DNA of 63,888 bases, the filler included, from Dirinaria sp. TL-2023a (taxonomy: Eukaryota): assembly GCA_051941275.1 (NCBI GenBank). It is 4 parts of 4 records of this genome, joined end to end, with 100 filler letters (N's around TTAATTAATTAA, not from the genome) between each part and the next. Parts side by side here need not be neighbours in the genome. Positions count along the whole stretch, not along the records: positions 1 to 15,911 come from JAVEBF010000516.1; 3 more parts are not named here. One strand, given 5' to 3'. Below the pieces are notes generated by a model. That model worked only from the letters and a program-made list of their open reading frames with translations, was not told the origin of the DNA and did no database searches. The translations under genes and the position numbers were made by a program. The first letter of the stretch is position 1, and every line of letters begins with the position of its first letter. Positions 1 to 13,765 of this stretch are shown here, piece after piece.

Positions 1-1209
1 CTCTCCCCCCCGCGGGGAAATTCCTCGAACTCAACAACGCCCCCTTCGCAAGCCTGAGTTCTGTCCTCACGCTTGAGATTGGATCTTCCGGTTCTTTTTT
101 CGAAGGTGCGGTAGTTGTGTAGCCATGGAGAAGGCCGTTGAGGTACGCTTTGAGAGTGGATATTTCATGGTTTAGCGAGCTGGATGTGGTAACTTCCGAC
201 TTGTCGACTTGTTGTGAGGGAGGTGGAGGGATGAAAGTTTTGAGCTGGTCTTGGAGATCGACGAGACGGCTTATTTGGATGTCTGTCGTGGATGGCTGGG
301 GTTGTGGCTGTGATTGGGAGCTCATGATTGATGAGGCGGAATTGGCGCGCGAGAGATGCGGGCTTGTTTGCGTGCCGATCTCCCGGTGGAAAAATGTAGT
401 GGCTTGGGTTTCATCTCGGTTTTGCTCTTCTTCGTTCCTTTCGTCGTCTTTTCCAGTAGTATTTCTGTTTCCATTTTTGGCGTTGTCAGGGATTGTTGAG
501 ACGGCTTCTTCGAGCTTTGTGTTGAGGGTATTGGTGTTTGCTGAAGCACTTTCGAACAATTCGTAGCGCGCAGCTGTTAACGATGAGAGCATCGGCTGGA
601 TTATGTACTTGCTGGTACCGTAGGTCACGGCTACGGCGCTGGACAGAACGTAGGCGGTATTGAGAAGGCGTGAAAGTGTGACGATTGGTGGGGATGCAGG
701 GGGCCGGAAAAGATTTTCTGGGTAGGTGATTATAGGAGGAATGTCTTGATTCGGCGATTCTCTTGAGAGGTCTTTCGTTTCTGGATGTTGAGAGTTCGTT
801 GGGGGTGCTTGGTGGGACTGGGAAGAAAGTTTTAGCTACATTGTAGATAATTGGTGCTGGCGAGTGTACTAACATTTTGTTGCTCGCCTTGCTCTTGCTC
901 AGCTACTGGTTCGGTGTCCGACGTAGCTGGAGGAGCGTCCAGCAGCCTTTGAATTTCATCGCTTGTGAGTCCTTTACTTTCGAGAAAGGAGGTCTTGCGC
1001 TCGGTCGAAGCCGCTCGAATCTCGTCATCTTGGAGGAATTTCGATGCTTTCTGCAGCAGATCACTCCTTGGGGATGATTCTGAAGGAGAATCAGTGGGGG
1101 TATCTGGAGTCTGTGGTTGAGCTTCGTCGTCCGCACTTGGGCTAGGAGGCTGCTGCTGTCGTTGCCATGTTGGAATGGAGGGCGGTTTTGGTTCGGATGG
1201 ATCGCTCAT
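1..1209 (-). CDS. PEX14/17: Peroxin Pex14/17 (Pex33-like), truncated just before its stop by the contig edge
   Basis: Exon 1 (1209-874) has SIPTWQ and Pex14_N-like LLQKASKFLQDDEIRAASTERKTSFLESKGL. The intron opens GTTAGT at 873 and most likely ends at CAG 818. Exon 2 reads PPIITYPE...YGTSKYIIQPML...ELRLAKGALLSSRNFP, typical of the filamentous-fungal Pex14/17 C-terminus. Confidence 0.88.
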
Positions 1210-1367
1210 GTTGGCATTTTAATGGTCCTGTTGTCGAGGTATTACGTGATCTCCGTCGAAAAGTCCCGGCAACGACTGAGGACTACATACGAACAGCGTC
1301 TTATAATGCAATGGCTGAGAAGTCACTGTTGAAGCTCACAATCTTTCGTTTATCCTTCCAGGGCGGA

Positions 1368-1373
1368 CCTCGG
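1368..1373. promoter_or_regulatory. CCTCGG, FarA/FarB-type fatty-acid/peroxisome element upstream of PEX14/17
   Basis: Exact CCTCGG ~160 bp upstream of the peroxin ATG. The motif is short, so the call relies on context. Confidence 0.4.
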
Positions 1374-2041
1374 CAAGTCCGGAAGTAGACTAGCGCAGCA
1401 CTCGGGCCTCATCCAGGAATCGCGATTCGCGAATTGACGATGTGACGACTTGCTTGGACGACGGATTGACAGTCGAATATGCTTGACATTCATCTAGGGA
1501 ATTCCATTTTGTGATTGTGTAATGTCGATCCGTGTATGATCGCTGGTTGATTTTCTTGGAATATTATTTGATTGATCTTCGCCTGCACCCCAACGCGTTT
1601 AAGGCAACTCCTTATCCAGGCGCAGCTGGCCGATGGTTGGATATAGAAGGCGATAGATGGCAGAAAGGCCCGCCAAGCGCCAGCGCAGCGTTCCGGACGG
1701 ACTCGGCGCACAAAAGGATCTCAGGTATAACATGTAAGCCCAACACTACTTTGGTCAATTCCCCTGCGCGTCATTGTGAGCTTGCCAGCCTTAGAGCGTG
1801 GTCTTCGTCCAAGCTGTGTTAAACAATTCATAAGTACCCTGGAAAGATCGCGCTATTGTATGATGTGAAGGAGCTAGGCAGCTTGCATTCCCCCACGGCA
1901 CCTGAATCTTCATGTTTCACTCGTACCTGCACTGTACTTGTACAACGTTCCGTATTCAAAACCATCCATCTTTGCAGCAATAGAATCTAGAGTCCTCATC
2001 TTCTCTCTTCGTCTATCGCCGCCCTACGTCATTATTTCAAA

Positions 2042-3330
2042 ATGCCAGCACGAAGAAGCCTCCGTACGCGCAATGCGCTGATATCCAATCCTAGCCCACC
2101 AGCATCAGGCCCGTCGAGCCGTCCACGGCGTGCCACATCGGGGCTATCGAAGGAAATCACTATCGCCCGGGAAAGCTCTGATTCGCCGGAAGGTCCACAA
2201 AAAGCCATACATCTGAAGGTTTCAATGCCCTCGGACAGATTGCGAGAGGCTACTTCAGCTGGTCGTAGGGGTGCTAAAGCCGGCCTTGACGCAGCTGACA
2301 TTGTTACCGGACCGAGAAGCAACCGCGGCAAGAAGAGCTATGTAGTCGAAAGCGAAAGTGAAGAGCAAGATGAGGAGGATGAGGATGCGGATCAGGATGA
2401 GGAAGTCCCGATTGAGGATCAAATCGGAGAGCCCGAAGCTACGGACGATGATATTGAGCCAGGAGAAGACGAATCAGGCGAGGAAGATGCAGAAGCCGAA
2501 GAGGAAGATGAGGAAGTCGAAAGCAACGACGCAGCAGCAGATGAGGATGCGGAGATGGAAGACGAATCCCCCATGCCACCGCCGCCTGTGGTCAAACTGA
2601 GAGGCCCCACTTCCAAGCCCAGTGTGACAATCACGCCTGCACAGAGCGGAAAGCTGAAAAGCGTGGAAGCAAAAGAAATGGAGATGGATGAAGAGGATGA
2701 GGAGCTGTCTTCTGTTGGCACCGATGGCGAAGACGATGCTGAGGGTGAAGACGCCGATGAGATGATTCAGGATGAAGATGCGGACCTCGAAAGCGGCGTG
2801 GGCAGTAGGGGCAGTACGCCCGATCCCAGTAAGATGACCAAGCGGCAATTGGGCAGACAGAATCGCGTGATGGAAGGGAACTTTTTACAGCTGCCAATGG
2901 GTACGTCTAAAGTCTGCTTGCACGACTATTTGATATTGATGTCACGGCAGAACCACAAATCAAAAAGCATCTGACAGCAGAAGAACATGCTATGCGCCGC
3001 GCCGAAATGGCCCGTAGGCGGAAGAATCTCAGCGAGAAACGCAGCGAAGAAGAGAAGATGGACACCATCAATCGGCTTCTGAAAAAGCAGGCTCCCAAAC
3101 GTCGAGGCAAAATTTCGCAAGCCGAAATCACTGCCAATGCCGTCGCTGGCGAGGAGATGTCAGAAGAACCGGAGGTTGAGAAAGCAAACCCTGTCTTTGT
3201 ACGATGGATCAGTGATGCCAGAGGGTGTAGAGTCGGAGTACCAGAAGAGTGGCTTGAAGGCCCAGCTGGAAGAGTTTTTGGCGGGATGCCAATGGGAGGG
3301 AATCGAATGGTCGAAGAGGTTGAAGGATAG
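2042..3330 (+). CDS. IES2: INO80 complex subunit Ies2 (PAPA-1 domain)
   Basis: Acidic N-terminal region; intron 2901-2950 (GTACGT..CAG) gives LPMEPQIKKHLTAEEHAMRRAEMARRRKNLSEKR...DTINRLLKKQAPKRR...RVGVPEEWL. Confidence 0.92.
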
Positions 3331-5791
3331 GCTACTGTACATTGCGATGTCCATCATGGAACCATTGGCTATGGTGCTCTAGCTATTTGCTCTTCGAAAG
3401 CAGATCTTTGATGAGCTGTATCTCAAGTCAAACACCAACTCGAAGGTTTAACACCTTCGACAGCCCATCCAATTCAGGTTTGGCTTTGGTTGATGCATGC
3501 TTCGTCGCCAAGACCAATCTGCTATACTGTCTGCCGGCCCTGCATCCCTTCATTCTTTCGTAGCTTCTTGCCCAGAGTCGTCGTCTGCACCGACACCCAC
3601 GGCCGTATCCCATTGTCTCCAAAGGAGCCTAAGCCATCCCTTTTGAGTGTGATGACATTCATCTGAGCCCTTCGGCTTTTGTCCCTGCGTCTCGCACCAT
3701 GCATGCAGTGACAGCTCAAAAAGCTTCCAGCGCAAAGTATTCCCCCACGCCCAGAGTATACTTTTCAAACCCTATCATCCCTATGGTACTCTTTTTTCCC
3801 GAGGCTCTGCAGTCGCGACAGGCACATCTGCCTTGGCAGCTACGGCCAGCTTCTCAGCAGGCTCCTCGACCACGTTGCTCGATTCAGGCAGATCATGGCG
3901 CCTAGGTGCATTGCTTTAGCCCCATCATACATACTTTCCAGCTATCGCCATGGAAGTCGCGGACTGGACTCACGCCACTTGATTTTCCTTCTCCTTCTGC
4001 AGATGTTCTAGCTCGGGCTTGAAGACATAGATGCCTAAGCAGCTGTGTCAGAGGCGGCCGGAGATATATGTTTTGAAGGGACTCTCATAGCACCTCCAAT
4101 GATGCCAGCGGCAGTTGCGACGACGAGTGAGGTTAAGCGGCCGTGGGACATTGGTGTCCACAGAATTCAGTGGGTGACGGTTATTTCTTTTTTTTTCCTT
4201 TTTTCTTTTTTTTTTTCTGGCTCTTTTTTTGCAAATAACCCTGAAGACGCTACATAGGGTTGCTGACTAAGGCCGGAGCGCCAGATAAAGGACAGCAGGG
4301 CTTGTCGTCATTGTAACGCTCTAAAGTACATGGATGTACTCGGTACATCAGGTAGGTTACTTTACAACCTACAGAAAGGGAAGTACATCCAAAGCCCAAT
4401 CCTCTAAGGCAGCGCTATCAGCTCCACTAGTGGAGTCAGCTGGAGAATGCGATCTACAGCACAGTGATAACCAATGAACAGCCCCCGCAGCCTTCGAGCG
4501 TTTGTGGCCCATACGGACCGAAAAAGCCAGGGGCGTCTAGTCTAAACTCAGGTAAAGCACTTTCCATGTAAGTCCCCTCATTCAGCCAGCCTTGGCACAG
4601 CGTCCTTCTGCCCATATGCTCCAAAGCTGCAATCGAACACCCTTACGGCGTATCTAAGGTACCTTACCTTACTAAGATACTAGTCACCTCCGGCGCAGCT
4701 TCTCCACCCACGTGGACGTCCTAACAACGCGCAGGATCTCATCTACAGTATGTAGCCCGGTGCAGCGGGTAAAGATCGTTGAAGCAGCTCGAGCTGAGAA
4801 ACGGCCCCAAGAGACTCAGGCTAGGCAAGGAACTTTCCCATTGCGGTGCGATAACATGGGGGTCACGAAAACCACATTCAGTCGGGATTTTTTCTGCTCG
4901 AAGTAGGTAGTAGTCACCTCTGCACACTACTGTACTGTAAGTTTACACTTTTACACGGAGTAATGCTTTTCCGTTACGGATTGCCAATCGGAACTTGCCG
5001 GTGTTGGGCATGTTTGGGGGAGCGAGGGGGAACGAGGGGCAGCTAGGGTAAGGTAATGCATTTCCCGCATTACGGGCCACGAGCACGGAGGAATGTCGAA
5101 GTATGGAGTTCATCGGTACTTGAACTCTGTCGGATCGGCTCGGTACCGTACGCTACCTTAGGTGACCAAATACGCCTAAACAGGCTACGGTACTTTACTT
5201 TTCCCTACCTAGGTAGTAGTCTCCTTCGACTTGTATCGATGGTAGTATCTTGCTGCTTCTTCTGACGTTCACTAATCTGAACGTTGCGCTTCCGTGCATG
5301 ACCTTAGTCATTGCTATCGCGCAGGCAGGATCGAGGGGGACGTCGGTTTTGTTCTCATTTCATCGACCATTGGCCCGCTTCCAGAAGGCTATCTGGCGGG
5401 AGTCGACAGTACAGTACATACTTACATACATACATTAAAGTGTGGCACTCGACATGGATGAGGACGATCGTACGTGGCATGCAGCGATCCACATTGACGT
5501 GCCTAAAATCGCCTCGATAGGAAGGTGCACGGTCACGCGCAACCTGCAGAACGCGGGTGGAATGAAATCATGCCTCATTTCACCAATGTTCCATCCTTCA
5601 GACTCTATGAAGAACCGTCGCCCGGTTGCGTGATCATCACTACCAACTACAGTATACAACCGAGCCGCCAAACGCTCAAAAACACCCCCCCCCTCCAACT
5701 CTGAAGCTGCTCTGATTTGGCAGTGCCTAAGGCATCTACTTTGTCATTCGCCCGCCTTCTTTGATACCCCTCACCAAAGGTCGTCGCCAAC

Positions 5792-7098
5792 ATGTCTGCT
5801 CTGGTCGCAGACGGCATCACACTCCTCGCACAGCCTTGGAATCTCCTTTTTTTGGAGGTGATTCTATCGATACCCGCCTACTTCACAAGCCCCACTTCGC
5901 CTCTTCGGTATGCGGTCATTGTCCTCGCATCCGCACTCGCACTTTCTGCGTGTTGGGTAGTTCATGATCGAGTGCAATCCCTCGGGGAAAAGGCTGGCGT
6001 GACTGCAACAGCTACTGGCACGGTATTGACCTTGCTGGATAGACTGCTCATAGCGAGATACAGCTGCGAGGCTGGAGGTCCCGAAGAGCAATCCCATAAG
6101 CACAGCAACGGCGGCCATCAAAAGGAGCCCAAAAAAACCGTCAAGTTTAGCAGAGCGAAGTCAGTCACCTCTCCTTTCTTCCTTCCTCTAGAGCCAATCT
6201 ACAACCCACGTGGCATCCGCAAGCCATGGCAAATTAAAAACGTACCTGTTTTCTCAACAAAAGACCGCGCATGGGTACCAAGCCGCGGCCGGTTTCTTTT
6301 GCGTACTCTTGCCTTGGCCCTGTTCTGGTGCGCAATTCGTGACGCCAGTGTTCCGCAACCTCTCGCTCCGGACCATGTCATCGCCCCCAGCAAAGAAAGG
6401 TTGTTTAGTAGGATCCAGGAGGTGTCTTCTGAAGAGCTATTCCTGCGGTTTTCAGCGGCCATTTTTTTCTGGGTCGAAACCATGGCCCAGTTACGGGCAG
6501 GCCACCATTTCCTCTCATTTTTCACTGTCGCATTGGGGATTTACGAACCAGCGGATTGGCCCCCAATGTTCGACTCGCTAAGCGAAGCTTATTCCGTCCG
6601 CCAATTCTGGGGGTGAGTTTTACATCCATCTATTGGCGACCTGCAGCTGACTGCTGAAAAAGCGTTTTCTGGCACCAGAATTTCAGAGCTACGTTTGAAG
6701 GCATCTCTAATTTCGTAATTTTCTCCTGGCTACGCTTGAAGAGGGGCACGATCACGGCGCGTTACACGAACATCGTCGTCGTCTTCTTCGTATCCGCGCT
6801 TCTTCACACAATAGTTGACTATGGCGTGACAGTGTGGCTATCTGAATCCGGCGCTCTGCGCTTCTTTTTGATCCAAGCTTTTGGAATCATGGTCGAAGAC
6901 GCCTTCCAGGCTGCTTACTACTCCATCAGGGGCAAGCGAAGACCCGAGAACGCACCTCTTTCGCACAAAGTATTCGGATATCTGTGGCTTACAGTATTCT
7001 TGACTTGCTGGACGCCAGCGTTTGGCTACCCGTTAATGCGGCGATTCAAAGAGCATCCTGATCAAGTCTGGCTATTCAACTTTTATGAAGATCTGTGA
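5792..7098 (+). CDS. Membrane-bound O-acyltransferase (MBOAT_2 / wax-synthase / Tri7-like)
   Basis: Multiple hydrophobic segments; DWPPMFDSLSEAYSVRQFWG, intron 6613-6662, then VFWHQ and VFFVSALLH with the putative catalytic His. Confidence 0.88.
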
Positions 7099-10000
7099 CT
7101 CAAGCGAAAGGAGCCAAAGAAACCCACAATCCGAGCACGGGCGAGCATACCCATGGTACACCACCACGCCAATTATCACGAGTTTGTTCTCTAGTCGAAG
7201 TACTTTGGAAAGATCTACGTTCAATTTCATTCGCGCTGGCAACGCCGTTATCATCGTGTAATCGAAGAGCATCCTGCCGACACATTTTACCTCTTTGAGG
7301 TGAACAGAGTGGAAGTCAGGTGGCAGGTAAAGATTCTTCTCTCATGTCCCAACCATGAATCAAGGCATGCGTCGTGATTTGCTTTTGGTGTCTGCTCCAG
7401 GCCTGGCGTGCCTTGAGGCCGCTGCCCGAGGAGTGATATGATATTCACTACCTGAGTATAGAGTATCCGATTGTCTCTAGGTTGGGGGTCTCCTAGAGTG
7501 AAAAAGGTAGAGACAGTCGGCTCTGAGGCCATCACTACCCGGACCGAGCACGGCCGAATAATTCTGAACTCTGTATGAACGAGCTTGTAGCGAGAAATTT
7601 AAGAGTACAGAGATGCGCAAGCGGCTTGTTTGGCATGGTTATTGCGCGTCAAATGTAGTACTATTAATGATCTCTAACCTTGAACTTGGTCTTCGCGTGC
7701 GCCAAAGGAATACCTCGGGTCTTGCTTTTATGGACCTAATCCCTCACCCATACCAGGCGCAAGCTTCTTGAGATTTCTACCGGGAATGTCTACAGCGTGA
7801 AGCGCTACAGATCCGACAATATCATCTGGTAAGCTGACACTCGAATTTTCCATGTGGCAAACTGACTGCAGATGCCACATGCCAGAAATGCATGCGCATT
7901 GATAGGGACCGCTGCATGTTTCAGGTATTCCAAGGACTCGGGTTGATAGTACCGCACATGTAACAGGCGTACATGGTAATCTTACCTTTAGTGGCATCTG
8001 AGACACGTTCCCCCAGCCACACTAAGCACCCCAGCAAAAGGTCATCCGGTCTCATTCAATTCGTGTCCATCCAAAGCGCTGTCAAGCTGGACTGTCTGAA
8101 GATACAACATTGCCAAAAACAAATGCCTTCGGGACCGTGCGTACGAGTACGCTTCGGGAGCATTCGCATAGAGCCGCATTTTCCAGAAGGATTCCAAGAT
8201 GAGACCGACAATTCTTTTCTTTTCTCTTCTTATCTTTTCATCCTTGCCAGAGCTGCATGAGTGTCTCACGAGAGAAGCGTGCTGAGCTTCATTATGCTTA
8301 AGCCTTTACGCTGATTTTCAACCTGTCCAATAGTAATCGCTTCAAGATGACTAAAGTCAGTTAATTCTTCATTCTTCTTAATGCAAGCTTGTCTGTGATC
8401 CATGCCATCGAGGAACCCTTGCCTTCAAGATGGCAATCAATCTTTCGCCACGTGGTTGGGCTTCTAATTCAGTCGCCATTGGATTTTAGAGTGCTCTGCA
8501 CAGCAATGTCTTAGCACTTCACGTTAGCATCCTGACTCAGTAATTGCTACGACTCTGCCTATCATGAGCGGGCACTTTGCATGCATATGGCAGTATTTCA
8601 GACACTGCGGTCTTGGTGTCAATTGAAAGTCGCTCAGGAAGACCACCCAAGAACAACTTGCTACCTCAGGCGCAGCTGTGCACTCCAGTGTTCTTGTATC
8701 TTAGTCATCTTGATGGCTGGTCTTGGCGTACATGATACCAGCCAGGATTTCTGACTCTGATCTCCGTGCTCTCTTCTCCACCCATTGTTGTGAAAATGTG
8801 TACGCACCCATTTTCGAATAATCTTCTACCCACCTGAACACATAAGTATGAATACGCAAGAATTAGTTGCAACGTTCAAAAACCCCAATCTAAACTTCCG
8901 ACCATCCAGAATTCTTTCAGGAGGATTCAACACGGACTGAAATAAGCTTCGAAGATGATATTTGTTTCACTTAAGCTGATCTCTTTGTCGATTCTCAACT
9001 TTGATGGTTCCCTCTAATGCTTTGTTTCCAAAGCATCTGCTGTCTTGGTATACAGTTTTCTGCAAAATGCTTTGCTTTTTAATCATAACGATGAACATCC
9101 AATGCTCGGTCGCAGACAGAAACTTCTCACATGGAGTTTTGATCCTTGGAAGCTAAAATTCCTAGAAATCTTTCTGATTTGTTTGGTCCATGGATCTCGG
9201 TCATGCCGTGTCAGTGTCAAGTTGTTGTGTGTTCATCTATCTTTCAGGATGCTAAAACAAAAAGCAATCGCAGAGCAGCAGCCGATCCTCTTCCATGCAC
9301 ACAATGGAACGCAAGCCTTTAAACAATACTATCCGTTCTGTCAACCCGGCTGCATCTGTGACTACACCCATTTCGCTTTCAGCCTTTGAAGTCAAAAATG
9401 CCAAAATTTTGCTACGCTAGATGTGTGATCCAAGCCTCATGGGAAAGAAAAGTACAGGGTGAGCCAATCATCTTACTCACATGGGAGGGTCTTAGGAAAA
9501 GCTAGTCAAAAAACATCAGAGTAAAGTAAATCGTTGACGACAACATCTGAACAGATGAGCTCAAAACACCAAGTCTTCACTGGCACCGCTTGCTTGGTCT
9601 CCTGCCAATCCTTCTGCTACGTGTCAACCTACCTCTACACCTCTGCAGGCCCTCAGAAAGCTCTTGAAATGTCTCAAGACTTACGTACGCTGCGAAGAAT
9701 GTGGTACGGAGCGACCTGTGTGAGGCTTTTGGTTTCGTGGATAATCTGTTGTGATCTTCATCATGCTGATGAGCAAGAGAATCAGCCGTCACTGATGTCA
9801 GAGGGGACTTCAAGAGGAACCGTGTTTCAGAAAGAACTTGACTAGTGGTCCCATCCGTCGATCAGAACTGAAGATGAAAGATATTGTTACCGCTACTCAA
9901 AAACTTTGCGAAACCTTCTACAATCGCGTTGGTCAAACGCCCTTGGACCGGCCTGATATCTCTTGACAGGGAAGTCAACACCTTTTCGTACTACTTGCTT

Positions 10001-10916
10001 AATTCGAGAGCGGAGATGACGATGTGTGAGAAGAAAAGTGTTTCAACGCCAAGATGAAGCCTCAAAGCGCTTTAAGAAGTGTCGAAGCGATATTCATTAG
10101 CTCTGTGACAGTGCAGGTTTTCAATTACCACCTCGATCTTGCTCTCTGTCAGATAGAGGCTCTACCAGATCATACTTATGGAACTGATCAAAGCGTCATT
10201 CAATTGTGTTTGTCAACTATTTACAGGATACCTCTCATCTACTATAACACTCAGTACTAAAGACATTGCATAAGACTAGCAGCAGTATGGTGGTATACTG
10301 GCAAAAACTGAGGAATACTCGAAGATCTCATGGCTCATAGAGATCAGATATTGAATGAGAAGGGGCACTAGTAGTAAGTGGAAGCTCGGGCTTCCTAAGG
10401 TATGGTTGCTGCTGCAATTAATTCTTACGTCATGTCCTGTTTACTCACAAGTCCGTTGACCCCTTTATTATAACGCCTTCTCCCTTTCGAAGCATTCGTA
10501 AACACAGTTCAAGCTCTGAAAAGACAAATTTCCAATACAGTTTTTGAACAGTGCTTGACATTGGAACTTATCAAACAGCTCGATCGCTTTATCAACAGCT
10601 GACATTACGCGTGAGTTACTCCTCTGTTCTCAGAATACTGGCCATGCTAAATCATTCTCAATATTAGTTCATTGGGTTACAACAACGTTCTTGCTCTGTG
10701 CTTCCAACAACCATCACTGTGTATCTGCGAAGGTCAGTCCTCAAGTTGTGGTTGCAGACTCTGACTCTGCAGTGGCTGACCTCGATACAGAGAACCATCA
10801 GCCCCTATCAAGCTTCTACCTCTCACCTCTGCTCAAACATCCGCATCCACCCTTCAACCTCGACTTCCCTAGACCCCAATCCTATACACGACCAAAAGAG
10901 CCAAGAAGAGACAACA

Positions 10917-11150
10917 ATGTATAGCGGACTGGGGCTAGGTCTCCTCATCCTAAACACCATCCTTGCCACCATCCTGCTCTCAACCGTCCTCATTGAGAGC
11001 TACATACTCCTAACGATCAGACGGCGCATGGACCGTCTCGACCGCAAGCTGGAGGAGGGCACGATCAGCCTCTCCACCTACAAGCGCGGCAAAGCTGCAG
11101 AGCGAGAGCGAGCAATGAGCAAGTCGTCCGTACTACGGACCGTCGCTTGA
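10917..11150 (+). CDS. Putative 77-aa single-pass membrane microprotein
   Basis: ACAACAATG start context; hydrophobic GLGLGLLILNTILATILLSTVLIESYILLTI followed by basic RRR; T-rich 3' flank. Confidence 0.45.
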   Translation: MYSGLGLGLLILNTILATILLSTVLIESYILLTIRRRMDRLDRKLEEGTISLSTYKRGKAAERERAMSKSSVLRTVA

Positions 11151-12633
11151 GCGAGAGAGAGACGGGATGGAGATAGAGTATACGTGAGGCAGTGGAGGAT
11201 GGCGCTCTGAGATTTTTTTTTTTTTTTTTTTTTTCTTTCTTGTACTTAATAATCCCTTTACACTTTTTTTTTTTTCTTCTCTTAGGACACTTGTGAATGT
11301 GATTACCCAACAAATTCCCCAGAACGTAAGCTAATTCTCCTGACCATGATCGAGATTTGGTTCTCCCCCATACTTTAAACGCATAGCTCGACATCGTATA
11401 CTCGTACGCCTTGAAAAATACATACCCTGTGACGACCAGCTGCAGAATAGAAAATCGGACTCTCAGCCTTATCTACCAAAGCCTTGGCTCTTGGCTCTTG
11501 GCTTCCATCCCTCCTCCACCAAATCTCTAAGGTAAGGTAAATTCTCTTTATCCCCGTCACCCTCTGTGAATACCCTGACCAGATCGCTTCGCCTTTACAT
11601 CCTTGAATCTGGTACGAAGCTATGTTGCTCGATTGTTATGGAATGTGCCATCCTTGGTTCTTCAATGAGTATTGTAAGGACCTAAGCGGACCTTTTGTTT
11701 CTGGGGTAGCTTCCGCTAAGGGTCATATAGTCGAATTCTAGGATTGTTTTTCAGTGGAATTTATTCGGAGACGAGAGTTACGTCGAGGGTCGGCTAACAG
11801 TTCAGATATTGTTACATTCAGCAAATTGATATGTCTGATGACCGCGAGATGTCGTCTCATAGAGCTTGTTGAATGCTCCATCGATAGAGAAGCTGGTGTC
11901 AAGCAGGTGATGTTCCACGATTGTGAAGATTCTTATCTAAACATAGGTTGTCCGACTCTCAGGGCGCAGACTGAAGTATGACTTGTGGATCAAGTCTTAG
12001 GCAGTGAGGAATGAAGCTTAGGTCGTCCGGCCGTTCCTAGAAACTCATGGGTGAGTAATCTTGAGTATGGAATTACTGAAGTCCAGTGAGACCTTAGATT
12101 CGACACAGAATTTTCTGCGCATATTGCTATCTGGCGGCTAAAACCGAAAGGTGAAGTCGAAGTAGGAAGACCGTGGTCGCAGTACAATGCGTCACCCTGC
12201 AAAGAAATTAATCGCAGTCAATGAGCTTGGTCCCTTTATCCATCTGCGAACAAATCATACGGAACAAAATCATTTCAACAAAGGCGGTTGAGTACGAGAC
12301 TCATCCTAAGCTTCATCAGCATCTGCATGATTCTATGATATATCTCTTATACTCTATCAACGCCGTGACTCCATGGTTAAATGAAGCATCACCATGCGAT
12401 ATTGAGTCAAACTTGGCTGCCTCTGGTGTGCATTCAGAGCATGCTGATTGAATCGCTGAAGTTGAACTCACCAGTCAAGATAGACTCATACTTGTTTGAA
12501 GACGGACACAGACGTGCCATGAACAGTGAAATTTCATATGTGTTCAACTATGCATGCGTGAGTAAATATGGCATTTAGAAGTCAAGACATTCACATAGTA
12601 AGCTCCAACCCGCCGCCCCCCTTTCGCGCTCTG

Positions 12634-13179
12634 CTATTCCTCGTGATCTTCGAGTTCTGAAACCTCGGCAGTCTGCTTAGGCGTCGAACCGCCTTGTATA
12701 TCCAATTCCATATGCTCGTTTCCAGAATCTGAGGATTCAATACTCGAAACTATCTCTTCTTGTATCTCCAGTGCCCCCAAGGTAGTTTCCTCTAGATCGT
12801 TTGTCGTCGATCCGCGACTCGACTCAGAACGCTCCGGGGCCCACGCGCGCAACCGACTTCGGCGCTCTTTCTCCTTATCACTCTCACTTGCGTCTCCCCA
12901 GTCAGTGTCATCAGCGCCAGGGGTTGCTTGCTCAGCATCGATCTGAGTCTCATCAGCACTAGCAGTTGCTTGCTCAGAGTCGATCTCGGCATGCAAATGC
13001 GTTGAGGGAGATCGATCAGTGGTACGGCGGCAACTAGGACAGTCACAATTGATAACACGTGCGGAGGAGGTGTAGCCATCGCATTGCCTACCCAAACTAG
13101 CGGAATAGGATGCGCATAAATGAAATTTACCAGACGCGAGGTGGCCGCATTTCCAAAAAGTGTGCTGTGATTGGCACAT
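12634..13179 (-). CDS. Hypothetical protein with N-terminal Cys/His cluster and acidic tail
   Basis: ATG at 13179: MCQSQHTFWKCGH...C...C...CDCPSC; 181 aa, intronless; internal 14-aa duplication. Confidence 0.6.
   Translation of the reverse strand: MCQSQHTFWKCGHLASGKFHLCASYSASLGRQCDGYTSSARVINCDCPSCRRTTDRSPSTHLHAEIDSEQATASADETQIDAEQATPGADDTDWGDASESDKEKERRSRLRAWAPERSESSRGSTTNDLEETTLGALEIQEEIVSSIESSDSGNEHMELDIQGGSTPKQTAEVSELEDHEE
12901..12984. repeat. Imperfect 42-bp tandem duplication inside the CDS
   Basis: 12901-12942 versus 12943-12984, encoding IDSEQATASADETQ / IDAEQATPGADDTD. Confidence 0.8.
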
Positions 13180-13328
13180 TTTGTTTGGGTGGGGAAGAAA
13201 GCAGGTACTGAAACGTCTTCTTTGGTGTGAAAGGTGGGTTTCAATCATTCTTTGGCTGACGATCACCACGGCTGGGTGTTGTGAGCCCCTGATCGAAAGA
13301 TTGACACATAACCGAGTGAATGAGAAAG

Positions 13329-13439
13329 ACAATGACCAATTAGACAAAGATGTTATCCTTTGTGTTGTCGAGTAACCCTTCCAAACACAACAATACCCAC
13401 CTTTGTGTGATCACGCTACAATTCTATTGTGTCATTGTT
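13329..13439. promoter_or_regulatory. Cluster of 8 HMG-box-type ACAA(T/A) cores in a divergent promoter
   Basis: ACAATG 13329, ACAAAG 13344, CTTTGT 13358, AACAAT 13389, CTTTGT 13401, ACAAT 13418, ATTGT 13426, CATTGTT 13433. Confidence 0.5.
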
Positions 13440-13765
13440 GATCAATAAAGCAACGCGCAGACCCCGCTCACAGACTCAGCTTTGAAGGTTACAAAAGTTT
13501 CCCAGACTCCTATCACTTCTTCCAGTAGCTAGCTATCTCAAGCAATCTATCTTCTGGTAAGATAGACTCTTTCCATCTGCAGTAGTCAGAAGTCTTCTGC
13601 CTTGGGCACACCATTATAAATTTCAGCAAAGTCTTCTGCCATCAGGTGCAATATTATCATTTTCAGCTTCTATCACAACCAACACTTCTGCCTTCCGCGC
13701 CACTTGTGGCCCAAAGCTAAAGCTCCATTGCATCGACCAAACATCAACCACGCTCTATTACTAAA

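Noticed and set aside
7100..10700. Numerous 60-115 aa ORFs in the intergenic stretch
   Set aside because: No recognisable motifs, splice structure or transposon domains; treated as non-coding.
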